DNA of 59,536 nt, filler included, from Asterionella formosa (taxonomy: Eukaryota): the NCBI GenBank assembly GCA_002256025.1. It is 6 parts of 6 records of this genome, joined end to end, with 100 filler letters (N's around TTAATTAATTAA, not from the genome) between each part and the next. Parts side by side here need not be neighbours in the genome. Positions count along the whole stretch, not along the records: positions 39,788 to 49,619 come from NKIB01010175.1; positions 49,720 to 59,536 come from NKIB01010177.1; 4 more parts are not named here. One strand, given 5' to 3'. Positions 46,302 through 57,046 of this stretch are shown piece by piece (positions within the stretch are counted from its first letter, which is position 1; each line of letters begins with the position of its first letter). Position numbers and translations under genes: made by a program. The notes under the pieces were generated by a model. It was not told where the DNA came from and made no database searches. It saw only the letters and a program-made list of their open reading frames with translations.

Positions 46302-46460
46302 CCTTCAAGTTGCGATAATTTTGCCGAACTAAGGATTTAGCTGTTTTTATCCGATATTAAATTGTTTATTAAAGCAAAATGACCGCATCTTTTGTTGCTG
46401 TACCTGCAAGCTAGCAACAAAAGCTGCGGTCATTTTCCTGAAATGGACAACGTGTTACCG
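46302..46460. mobile_element. MITE family A short copy abutting the left end of a long-form copy
   Basis: CCTTCAAGTTGCGATAATTTTG...GCAAAATGACCGC, then TA|CCTGCAAG...GCTGCGGTCATTTTCCTGAAATGGACAACGTG, which matches 4841-4871. Confidence 0.65.
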
Positions 46461-47068
46461 GAAAGCGACATATTTTATCATACATACACGTAGTACTAAA
46501 GGACATCTTCCATTCATAGCACAATTGAGCGAAATAAATAGCGGAATTCTTTTAATTGCAAAAACGAGTATACAAAGCATATGACCATGACTTTCAGGAA
46601 ATGACTATGACTTTCAGGAAACATTTAGTAAGGATATGTGTGAGGAAACTTCAGGAAATTCCTGGAATTTCCTCAAGTCTCCAAAAATAGTTTTTCTGGC
46701 CTAAGTGAAAACCGCACATCCTTCGTTCTGGATTTAAAGTACTGTACAAGATTCCCTATCGGTAACAGTTGAGATCATTTGAAATACCTGTAGTGGTGTT
46801 AATAACTATTACATAGATATACCACCTGTATGTTGTCTTGATTTTTCCAGCAATAAGAAGACCCATGCAAAGGAACTCACGAGCAAGGGAAAGCCACATG
46901 CAAGCGTGATGTTGAGAATCACAAAATAGAATTGTACTTGTACTGTATCAGGGTTTCAAAAATTGCTGGTCGCATATTTTACAGGCAAACTCTGCTACAC
47001 TTTGCATGACCATGACACCTGCTGGTACTCCGGTACCATGGTACGTGGAGTCCCGCCAGTTTTTACTA

Positions 47069-47755
47069 CAACATGACATGGTGACCATTCTATGGCATTA
47101 GTCATTGTTCCAAGAATGAGATATGGATAGTAGTATATCATTCTACACTACTCCCCAGTCAATGGAGATGTTCAAGATCATGGAAAGGTCTCATAGTTGT
47201 AAAGTCATAGAAGAACCAGTAGTAGAAACCTATCATTTCAATTTTCTGTGCTTATGCAGCAACATGACATGAGACCATTCTATGGCGTTGGTCATTGTTC
47301 CAAGAATGCGATATGGATACAATCTCATTCTACTATACTACTCCCCAGTCAATTGAGATGTCCAACATCATGGAAAGGTCTCATAGTTGTAAAGTTATGG
47401 AATATCCAGTAGTAGTGGAAACCCATCATTTCAATTTTGTGAGTATATGCTGCAACATGACATGAGACCATTCTATGGCGTTGGTCATTGTTCCAAAATG
47501 AGATATGATACAATCTCATTCTACTATACTACTCTCCAGTCAATTGAGATGTCCAATAGTTGTCAAGTTTTGGAATATCCAGTAGCAGGAACCTATCATT
47601 TCAATTTTGTGAGTTTATGCTGCAACATGCATGACATGAGACCATTCTATGATGGCGTTGGTCATTGTTGTTCCAAGAATGCGATATGGAAACTATCTCA
47701 TTCTATACTACTCTCCTGTCAATTGAGACGTTCAACATCATGAAAAGGTCTCATG
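47069..47755. repeat. Satellite-like array 1, about 190 bp x 4
   Basis: CAACATGACATGAGACCATTCTATGGCGTTGGTCATTGTTCCAAG... recurs near 47069, 47260, 47454 and 47623. Confidence 0.9.
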
Positions 47756-48240
47756 TGCCGCAATGGTCTTCTCCTTTTCGGAGCGGCTACAAATAGTCTA
47801 CAGCGATAACTCTAGCGAGTACAATATAGAAAAAGAAGGGAAGGATGAGCAGCTGTCATCGATTGAATTCGTTTATTCTTCAATTCGCTTAGGAACAGCT
47901 GTTGCATATTTTAACATTCAATGCATGTCGCCGTAGTGAGTCGAAATTGAGATGTGCCGTAATGTCCTTCTCCGGTTTGGAGCAAACAGCAATAGTCTGA
48001 AGCGATAACTTTAGCAAGCACAATATAGAAAAGAAGCAGAGGATGAGTAGCTGACAACAATTGAATTCGTTAATTCGTTAAGAAACAGCTGTTGCATATT
48101 TTAACATTCAATGTATGTCGCCATAGTGATTCAAAATTGAGATGTGCCGTAATGACATTCTCCTTTTCCGATCGGCTAGATTACATCTATATTGATAACT
48201 GTAGCAATAACAAATTGGTTGTAAAGGCAAGGGCCAAGGA
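47755..48240. repeat. Satellite-like array 2, about 190 bp x 2.5
   Basis: GTGCCG.AATG..CTTCTCC recurs near 47755, 47954 and 48144; AACAGCTGTTGCATATTTTAACATTCAATG occurs twice. Confidence 0.85.
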
Positions 48241-48519
48241 GATGAGGACTATCAACTTCATTGAATTCAACCACTCCATCATAGCTAACCTGTATTTTTC
48301 GCAATATTTCGCACTTTTTCTGTACACCACCAGTCAATGCACTCCAAAAATATTTGATGTCTGATTCGACCAATAAAACTCATAGCAGTTTAGTAGATGG
48401 ATGAAATTTGGTAGAGAATAATAGCTTTGAGTTGTTATGCGCCCCTGCTGATGTACTCATCATGGCATACTAGCACATCCTATGGTAGTAAATCAAAAAT
48501 AAGAAGTGCCACAATCGCC

Positions 48520-49619
48520 ATCTAGTCATCATGATGCCTCCTTTGATCAATATATGTTCATTATGAGTATATCGACATTCGCCTTGACGGCATTGATCTT
48601 TTGTACATCAAATACTATTCTGGATAGAAATCGGCCTTGGAGAAAGATGGTTTTGAATTTTCGTTTCTACAGCATTGATCATATCAGTCCACCATCACCG
48701 AAAAATTATTACAAAATTTACACATCCTGATACCTGCTTTTATGTTCGTTCTCAGAAAATCAACATTCGCCATGACGGCATTGATCTCGTGTACATCGAA
48801 TACTATGCTGGATAGAAATCGGCCTTAAATTGGTGGAGAAAGATGGTTTGGAAGTTTTGTTGCCACAGCACTGATGACCAGTCCACAAGCATCCGAAAAT
48901 TTACACATCTGGATGCCTCCTTTGATTAATATATGTTCGTTCTCGGAATATCGATATTGGCCATGACGACATTGATCTCGTGGACATCGAATTCTATGCT
49001 GGATAGAAATCAGCCTTAAAATGGTGGAGCAAGATGGTTTGGAATTTTTGTTGCAACAGCACTGGTCATGCAGCATTCCACAGCAAGCACCGAAATTTTA
49101 CACACAATCATGATGACCAATTTGATCAATATATGTTCGTTTTGAGAATATCGATATTCGAAATGACGGCGGTGATCTTGTGTACATCGAATACTTTTCT
49201 AGATAGAAATCAGCCTTAAAGCACTGATGGTGATCAGTCCACAAGCAGAGCAAATTTACACATCCTGACGTCTCCTTTGATCAATATATGTTCGTTCTGA
49301 AAATATCGACGTTCAAAATGACAGCATTGATCTCATGTACATCAAATACTATGTTGGATAAAAGTCGGCTTTGAATTGGTGGAGAAAGGAGGTATGGAAG
49401 TTTTGTTGCCACAGTACTTATGATCAGTCCACAAGCAACGGAAATTTATTTCACATCCTGATGACCAATTTAATCAATATATGTTCGTTCTTAGAATATC
49501 GATATTCGAAATGCCGGCAATGCTCTCGTGTACATCGAATACTATGCTGGATAGAAATCGGCCTTAAATTGGTGGAGAAAGATGGTTTGGAATACTGGTC
49601 ATGCAGCAGCCCACAAGAA
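48520..49619. repeat. Satellite-like array 3, about 155-200 bp x 6, running to the contig edge
   Basis: TTTGATCAATATATGTTCGTTCT...GTACATCGAATACTATGCTGGATAGAAATCGGCCTT recurs near 48542, 48737, 48921, 49121, 49277 and 49469. Confidence 0.92.
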
Positions 49620-49719
49620 NNNNNNNNNNNNNNNNNNNNNNNNNNNNNNNNNNNNNNNNNNNNTTAATTAATTAANNNNNNNNNNNNNNNNNNNNNNNNN
49701 NNNNNNNNNNNNNNNNNNN
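49620..49719. other. Artificial contig linker
   Basis: N44-TTAATTAATTAA-N44. Confidence 0.98.
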
Positions 49720-50158
49720 GGTACCAGTGTCACAATATGTGGTCGTGTTTTCCGTGACGTATACCCACTGCTGTATGCATCATAATAATTTATATGATGA
49801 TACCGGTAGTCCATGAGTGTTCCCGACCAGGGTACCTGGTACCAGTACCAGGTACTCCGTACTTACCAGGTTTGGTCCTGGTACCGGTACCAGGTAGATT
49901 ATACCTACATATGGTATTTGGTCATCACTGTGTGATGATGGGTACCATGGCAGGTACTGGTACCGCAGTAGACCACCAGATCCTATCGGACGGCGGACAA
50001 ATGTTGGTGCCTGCCTTGGCGACGAGCATGCAAACACAATGACCAATGGTATTTCAACGGTACATACGTTATAGACGAACCGATTGGCGTCATGTCGACT
50101 GCTCGGCAAACAGAATACCTACAGTTAGTCCGTGTGTACATATACATAATAGCTACTT

Positions 50159-50835
50159 CCAGCAAGTTGCAGTAATTTTCATGAACCGGTATCTTGTTCC
50201 AAGTACATACGACGTCGTGCCGGCAATACTGGTTCCAATTCCAAGTCGATTCATGTGTCTCTTCTTGATATCCGTTGAATGAACCAACCAACCTGGCCGG
50301 CTTGTTGTTCCATTGTACTTTTAGCTTTAATCTGCCATTTGTTTCTGCTGGTTTTGCTTAATGTAGGTCCGTTTTGCTTCAAGGTCCCTGCATTTGAACC
50401 CCTACATAGGCAAAAATTAAAATATCGCTTAGGTTTGCCAAAATCCCTGGAATTAAGAATTTAATTAGATATTTTTTGTATTACATGATTCCTTTTAAAA
50501 TATTTAAATCAGTGAAAATTTGCGTATATATTTACATAGATTCCTTTTCGAATTTGCTAAATATATTCTTAAAGTAGTTTTGCTAAAATAGAGTCCGTTT
50601 GTTTAAAACTAACGTTGTCCCTAAGTACTTTAACCCAAAATTACAATCCGTCAGAACCTGTTTTGTACCCAATTATCTGAATTTATCCTTTATACGGCCG
50701 GCGGGCGCGAACCTATAGAAGTTTCATACTTTGATTTCTTAACGGCTGCCGAGTCGGGAAATATTTGTCTGTTTTGGGAATTTGTACCGGGTGCACATAC
50801 GCACACGAGGAAGCAAAATTACCGCAACTTGCAGG
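50159..50835. mobile_element. About 677-bp non-autonomous TIR element (family A termini)
   Basis: CCAGCAAGTTGCAGTAATTTT at the left end, AAAATTACCGCAACTTGCAGG|TA at the right end, and an AT-rich non-coding interior. Confidence 0.7.
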
Positions 50836-51233
50836 TACTAACTAGCTCTTACGTTACCAACGGACCTGGTGCTCCACACCAGTGTACCAGGTACCATATC
50901 CTGGTCCAGCTAACATTGATATACCGGTACATATATTGTGTACCAGTACTGTAATACCCAACTGTAATATGTAGCTACACCAGTCATGAGTGAACAGTAA
51001 ATTATATGTAGGCATGCATGTATGCATGACGAAGGACGGAAATGTCAACATTCACCTTGAAAGACAGCATTCATTGGCCAAAGTCCAGTTGATGACAACC
51101 GACCACATCACCTCACTACCAGGTACCAACGGTGAACATCTTAAGCAACTCCACAAGACTCGCTCAATATCCGGACGACTTGAGCGTTGATTGAATCAAC
51201 ACAGTCAATTCCTCTTGAAGAAAGCATTTCACA

Positions 51234-53285
51234 ATGGCCCAGGTGAGCAGCGGCTTTCGCACGCTGGCGCCGCCCTCGATAAATACTGGCAGGCCCAGGC
51301 CTGTTGATGCCGAGTACGATTACCGCGTCGGCGGTCCAGAAGAGATTGTGTATCGGCGTGGCTACAATCGTCCTCAGGAAGTTCTCTCCGCCCAGCAACG
51401 AGATTCGGTGTACAATAGACCTCATGATCTGCTTTCACCTCCAAGTCCGCCCAATGCACAGCATCCCCACTACGGAGACGACCAAGAAGAACAAGACGCA
51501 TTTGAGCACGACGATGCATTGTTAGATGCGGAGCAGCTGGAGCAGCTTCACATGGAAGCTGAACGAATGAAGGCGCTTGGAAACAAACACATGGCTGCCC
51601 AGGTAAGTCTTGAGACAGGACACATGCTTTGTCGACGGTTCCCTTTGCACCGATGTTAACCCTTGTCGGTTGCGCAGGAATACACTCGCGCATACAATGC
51701 ATACTCGGCTGCATTGCAGCTCTCACCAGTTGGACCTTCGTCTCATGTTTTCTTGTCCAACCGTGCGGCTGCCCTCCTGTCGTTGAAGCGCTACTCCGCT
51801 GCAGCGACAGACTCTCGTCGCGCCGTGGCTCTAGCCCCCACCTTTGGCAAAGCCCACGCCCGTCTCGGACAGTCGCTTTACTTTTTAAAAGACTATGCAG
51901 GTGCCGTCGCCGCGTATGAGGATGCTGTCAATTACGAGCCCGATAATGGTGTGACAAGGACTTATTTGGAAAAGGCAAGGGCCAAACTTATCCGTCAACG
52001 AGAAAAGTCTGCCAGGCAATCACGAGGAGAAGACTATTCCATGGCAGACGAGCAGTCCTTGACAAAAACCGTTGCCAATTCAATTGCGACGGATCCTCTT
52101 CGTGCATCTGCTGTGGTACAGTCTGGCTTTAGAAGCTCGAGTGCCGCCATTATGCAGGCCGTCGCAAACCAGAATCCACCACGTGAAGTCAAGACGGGAA
52201 ACCAGTTACCAACGACACCAATGACCGAGGGGGAAGAACCAGAAGATGATCCTGACTTTGATGAAGCTTTGAGGCTTCAACAACGGGCAAATCGATTGCT
52301 GATGGCGAAAAAGTACAAGCAAGCCATTGAAGAATATTCAGCCGCATTGTTCTTGATTCCGGACGATCCATTTTTATCTCCAGAGCTACATTTAGGGCGA
52401 GCACATGCATTGAATGGATCCAGGCGGCATATGTCTGCCCGCAATGATGCTGCTTTGGCGGTCAAAATAAGGCCAACACCAGAGGCCTATTCGACCTTGG
52501 CCAAGTCAGAGTTTTACTTGAAGAATTATCTCGACTCGATTGAAGCCTTTGAAAATTGCATTGAGATGTTGCCAGAAGGAGAGTCTATGAGCATGTTCGA
52601 TCAGGCGTATTTCGAAAAGGCTCAGGAGGCGTTCCGAGAACAAATAGAAGGTGCCGAAGATGATCGATCAGTCGTATCATCCAGAAGCACTAAAAGTGTT
52701 GTCCCCAAGTTACCTCCGCCTCGTTTTGTTACAAGGGAAGAGGTGAGTGTCTTATTTCTTGACGAATGCTTACGTTTATAATTTTCCCAACTCCCATTTT
52801 CTCATCTTGCACTTCCATAGGCTATAATTGCATCACCAAACCTTCCATCCATGCCAAAAGAATGGCCTCAGCAATCACCGCGAACTCCATCAAGTCTCCA
52901 TGTTGGGCCAGAGCGTGTTATTATGTTTCTTTCAGAATCTTTGGGAATAAAACTGAACCGCGGAGCGGATGGCATTGTTCGTGTATTTTCGGTGACGCCG
53001 AACACTGCAAGGTCGGCCATTGTTCGCAAGGGACTCATTGAAATCGGCGATGTCGTTCGCGAAGCTGCGGGAGTGGATATACGACGCCCGATTACCAATA
53101 TCATGTGGAGTGACACAATTGCATTGGTGAAAATTGCACCTCGACCAATCACATTTGTAGTGGCTGCGGAACTTAGTGAAACCCCTGCGTCGGTACAAAA
53201 GGAACAAGCAAAGATGTTGAAAGCCTTTTCGTTGTCGCCGGCCCAAGCTTCAGTTATCAGAGGAGAGATGAAATCAGAGATCTAA
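51234..53285 (+). CDS. TPR protein (two SGTA-like TPR clusters) with a C-terminal PDZ-like domain; exons 51234-51602, 51678-52742 and 52821-53285
   Basis: AERMKALGNKHMAAQ|EYTRAYNAYSAAL...SNRAAA...KAHARLG, then a second TPR cluster, then SLGIKL...IEIGDVV...RPITFV. Both GT-AG introns are phase 0. Confidence 0.9.
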
Positions 53286-53920
53286 TTGTCCGGTTTTGAT
53301 TGAAAGTCACCAACCCACAATGATGCGTTTATTTTTTTTCGTGTAGAAGTATGGTATGTTATAATGGCCCTATCATAAGTAAGCAATAAATGTCAACTGA
53401 TTGTTGAATACGAAGTGAAGCAATGCGACGGTTACAATGATGCCATAATTTGTTAGATTATGGTTCCTGGTACTCTCATCATGATTGGTACCACTGTTAT
53501 TCCCTGCGGAAAACTACTTTGGAGTAACGAACAAGGTAGAGAATGTGTAATGGGCACTTGCTGCATTGTTTTATCGCCATACTTCTGCTTCCCCAATCAT
53601 CGCAGCCATAGATGCACGGATCGAATGATGGAGTTGCAGCATGTATGCAAAGGCAAATGTGAAGCTAGAAGGCATTGGAATGGAGAAATTGGCATCAGTC
53701 ATAGTGCCAATACTTAAGTGATGGTGGGATTATCAGCCTTCATGAACTACAACAAGGGAAGTAACAATGCATCAGAGAATCGAATTTCTCTTGAAAGAAA
53801 TACTGGTATTGTTGTTGTTGTTGCGTACTATTATATAAAATATCCTGTAGGCAGTAATATATCAAGGAGTCATGAATTCCAACAACATGCCAGAGTGCCA
53901 CAATATAATAAATTCATTTG

Positions 53921-54892
53921 TCAACCCAGTTTTTGTTTCTTTGCGGCGGGTTTCGTCGTTGTATTAGTATTGGTACCTGTCATGCTGGTTGCACTTGCGG
54001 CACTAGCAGTAGTCGTTGTTCCCTTCTTCGTGGAAGGCGCATTGTAGGTTTTGACACATTCCGTGGCAAATGCCAGCATTTCCAAAAAGACAGCTGGTGT
54101 AATTAGGTCGACATTGAGTTCCATCTCATCTTCAGTCACATTCTTGACCAAGGCCTGTGGACTTTTGTTATCCAAATCGACCACTATTTTCCCCAAGTCC
54201 TCCTTGGTAAGTTTGTATAAGAGTTTGGCGAAGGCCCGCTTGTCTTCCAAGCTCACAACGTTCGTAGATTTGCTGTTGCCCCCCACGCCCAGTCCAAAGT
54301 CCTGGACTAGTTTTTGAAATCTTTCTTCCCATTTCTTGGACAGGGTTTGCGCCAAGATGAAGAAATCACTTCCATCTTGATTGTAGGTCATGCAATTGTT
54401 CCATACCAAACGTACATCTCCATGGCAGTCAAAGACGGTGGCGTAAGCATTCGCAGCCAGCTTCTTCTTGACAGTGCCCAAGTCCATGGGGTGTTTGATA
54501 ATGGTTGGATAGTCATGTAGGCCTGAGTAGTAGCAGTGGCAGCAGCAGAAGTAGGAAAGGTCATTGGATGATAAAGTGTGAGTGAGATTCCATCCGCACA
54601 GGGAGGAAAACATACGACAACCACGTACCCAACATCTTCCAATTGACTTCCTCTCGAAATGGCTCTGCATTTTTCATATAGATTCGGTGGTTTTGTTGAC
54701 ACGCACAGAAGGAAGAGCGAGAAGTAGAAATGGTAGGGTTAGGAACTCACAGGGCAAGATTACAGCGTACAGCGCATGCACTCACATCAAACAACAACGC
54801 GACGAAGAAAACGTACCAGCATCTGGCTTTTGAAAAAAGGAATGCACCAATTTGCTCATGGCATTCCATTGTTCCGTTGTACTGCTTGTCAT
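53921..54892 (-). CDS. Bromodomain + ET (NET) domain protein, GTE/BET-like; exons 54892-54817, 54664-54629 and 54522-53921, 237 aa
   Basis: Spliced translation ...KPDA|EPFREEVNWKML|GLHDYPTIIKHPMDLGTV...NCMTYN, then ET domain SLEDKRAFAK...EMELNVD. Exons sum to 714 nt. Confidence 0.9.
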
Positions 54893-55636
54893 TCTGTGTC
54901 AAGGCCGTTTTGTTGATGTTGAAATGCAAAACGATTTCACTCGACACGAGGGGAAACAAACCATGGAATGAGGATACCGTACGGTATGTTTTTGACGACT
55001 AAAAACTGACTGTAACACTGCGTATCCTCATCATACCGGTATGAATATTTGAATAATAGATCTATTCTACACATACATTTGCGGTAAAGTATTACCGGTA
55101 CACTTTTTATACATTACTACCTGCTATATGTACTGTAATTCATGTTTCATAGCTGCCGGTGGTACCGGTACCTGGTACCAGGTACCAGGCACCTACCGGT
55201 AGTACAACTGTTTAGTATGATACAGCCAGCCAACAACGAATCATCATGATGAGAACAAGAATGTTTACCGGTACTTGCACACACACAACCAGTATCATAT
55301 GCATACAGTACGTATGATACCGTTGACGACCGGTGCCGGCATATCGGGATTCATATGATACCTGGTAGGGGAGTACCCCGTGGTACGATACTTGTTGTTC
55401 CGGTAGCCCTAAAGAAACAAGCAGTGTAGAGAGCGCGGCCTCGGGTGGGCGGAAGCCAAACAATCATGACTCTAAAAGTCCTCTTTGATATTCCCTTTTC
55501 CTTTGTAGTATATAAAGGTACACAAGGTATATCATATACATATGCAGGTATAAATAATATCACAAGCACATCGTCACTGTCAATGTCATATCCACTTTCA
55601 CTTTAATTGATGCCTGATATCTGCTGGTGAGCGACA

Positions 55637-57028
55637 ATGAGGAAATCATACTTATTCCTCCTCTTGCTGTGCTTACTCGGCCATGCTGCTTGTATTGCTG
55701 TTAACCCGCAAATAATCTCCAAAGTTGTTTCCACGAAAAAGGACGGAGGCATCTCGCAAACCTACTCGTTCCTTCAGGCGGATGCCGACGTCAAGAAGCC
55801 CTCCTCCGATCTCTCCCTGGCGAAGCAGCTTCAGGCGGGCCTTCGAAGCACATTTTTACCTTCTGGATATCCAAACAAGACTCCGCCTGGATACCTTAAA
55901 TACTCAAGTTGGTCGTGGATTCAAGATCTGTCCACTCAGCTTCGTGGTGTACTGGCAACACAACGGGTTTTGGAGGGCGTAGGGGTGGGCCGTGAGGGAG
56001 CAACAGCCCTCAGTGCCTTGATGAACTTTATTGTGAGAGATGGATGTGGCATGGGAGCAACGCTGCTCTTCACGTCGGTTGCTTCGTCTCGTTTCTCCTC
56101 GGATATCAAGCGATGGCGCCTGTTTGCCGATGTCATGGTCGATATCGGAATTACTCTCGAAGTTTGCGCTACACTTGTCCCTCAACCATTGTTCTTGCCC
56201 ATGATTTGCGTAGGCAACATGTGCAAGGCTATTTGTGGAGTTGCTGCTGGAGCATGTGGTGGAGCGATCAATTTGCATTGGGCCAAAGGATCGGACATTA
56301 GTGACATTCAAGCCAAGTTTGGAGCTCAGCATACCGTCACTGGGTCGTTGGGGCTAGTATTTGCTGCCTTGTTTGCGAGATCTGTGTCGCAGCTGAAACC
56401 GGCACCTCTTTGGGTATTGTACTCATCATTAACTATTTTGCATATTGTCGCCAATAAAGCCTGTATGAGGCTAATCGCCTTTGATTCCTTGAATACAGTC
56501 CGGATGAACATGCTTCTTTTTGAGTTTTTTTCATGGTGGAAGACTAGGGATCCAGAAGCCGGCACATTGACTACACCAGCAATCATTGCGAAAAAAGAAC
56601 CATTATTTTTTCTTTCTGGAACCCGCAAGCTTGTTGCACAGTGCCCTATAGTGTTCGGGGCCTCCTTCAATGAGATAGTGTCAAAAAGTTACAATGTTGA
56701 TAAACAACAAATGGCTTTTCAGTTATCGAGCGACGGATACTTGGTTGTTCCAGGCCGGAGCGAAAACGAAAGACCGTGCGTTTTGGTCGCCTTTCAAGAG
56801 GACACAAGCCCATCAGAACAAGCAAAAGCATACTTTCATGCGACGTTGCTCAGTCGATATCTTCAGGATCCCAACTCATTGAATATAGCGGAAGCGAATG
56901 CATCTGCCGAACTACAAAACGCTTGGCCATTCTTCAAAACATTATGCAAGTCTAGTGGGTGGGACCTCACCAAGACGGAGCTACGATCACAAGGATATGA
57001 ACTGTCATGCTTGAGCTATATAAGCTAA
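55637..57028 (+). CDS. RUS1/DUF647 (root UVB sensitive) family protein
   Basis: FLPSGYP...YLKY..W..IQ...VLATQ..LEGVGVG...RDG.G...KRWRL.AD...SDIQAK..AQ...LN..R, plus an N-terminal signal-like peptide. Confidence 0.92.
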   Translation: MRKSYLFLLLLCLLGHAACIAVNPQIISKVVSTKKDGGISQTYSFLQADADVKKPSSDLSLAKQLQAGLRSTFLPSGYPNKTPPGYLKYSSWSWIQDLSTQLRGVLATQRVLEGVGVGREGATALSALMNFIVRDGCGMGATLLFTSVASSRFSSDIKRWRLFADVMVDIGITLEVCATLVPQPLFLPMICVGNMCKAICGVAAGACGGAINLHWAKGSDISDIQAKFGAQHTVTGSLGLVFAALFARSVSQLKPAPLWVLYSSLTILHIVANKACMRLIAFDSLNTVRMNMLLFEFFSWWKTRDPEAGTLTTPAIIAKKEPLFFLSGTRKLVAQCPIVFGASFNEIVSKSYNVDKQQMAFQLSSDGYLVVPGRSENERPCVLVAFQEDTSPSEQAKAYFHATLLSRYLQDPNSLNIAEANASAELQNAWPFFKTLCKSSGWDLTKTELRSQGYELSCLSYIS

Positions 57029-57046
57029 AATATGTTACTAATAATG

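Noticed and set aside
47069..49619. Repeat arrays as a CRISPR-like array
   Set aside because: Whole monomers are homologous, with no unique spacers and no cas genes, and the context is eukaryotic.
49780..50109. VPVPG-rich short ORFs
   Set aside because: They are translations of the GTACC/CCAGG motif clusters, not genes.
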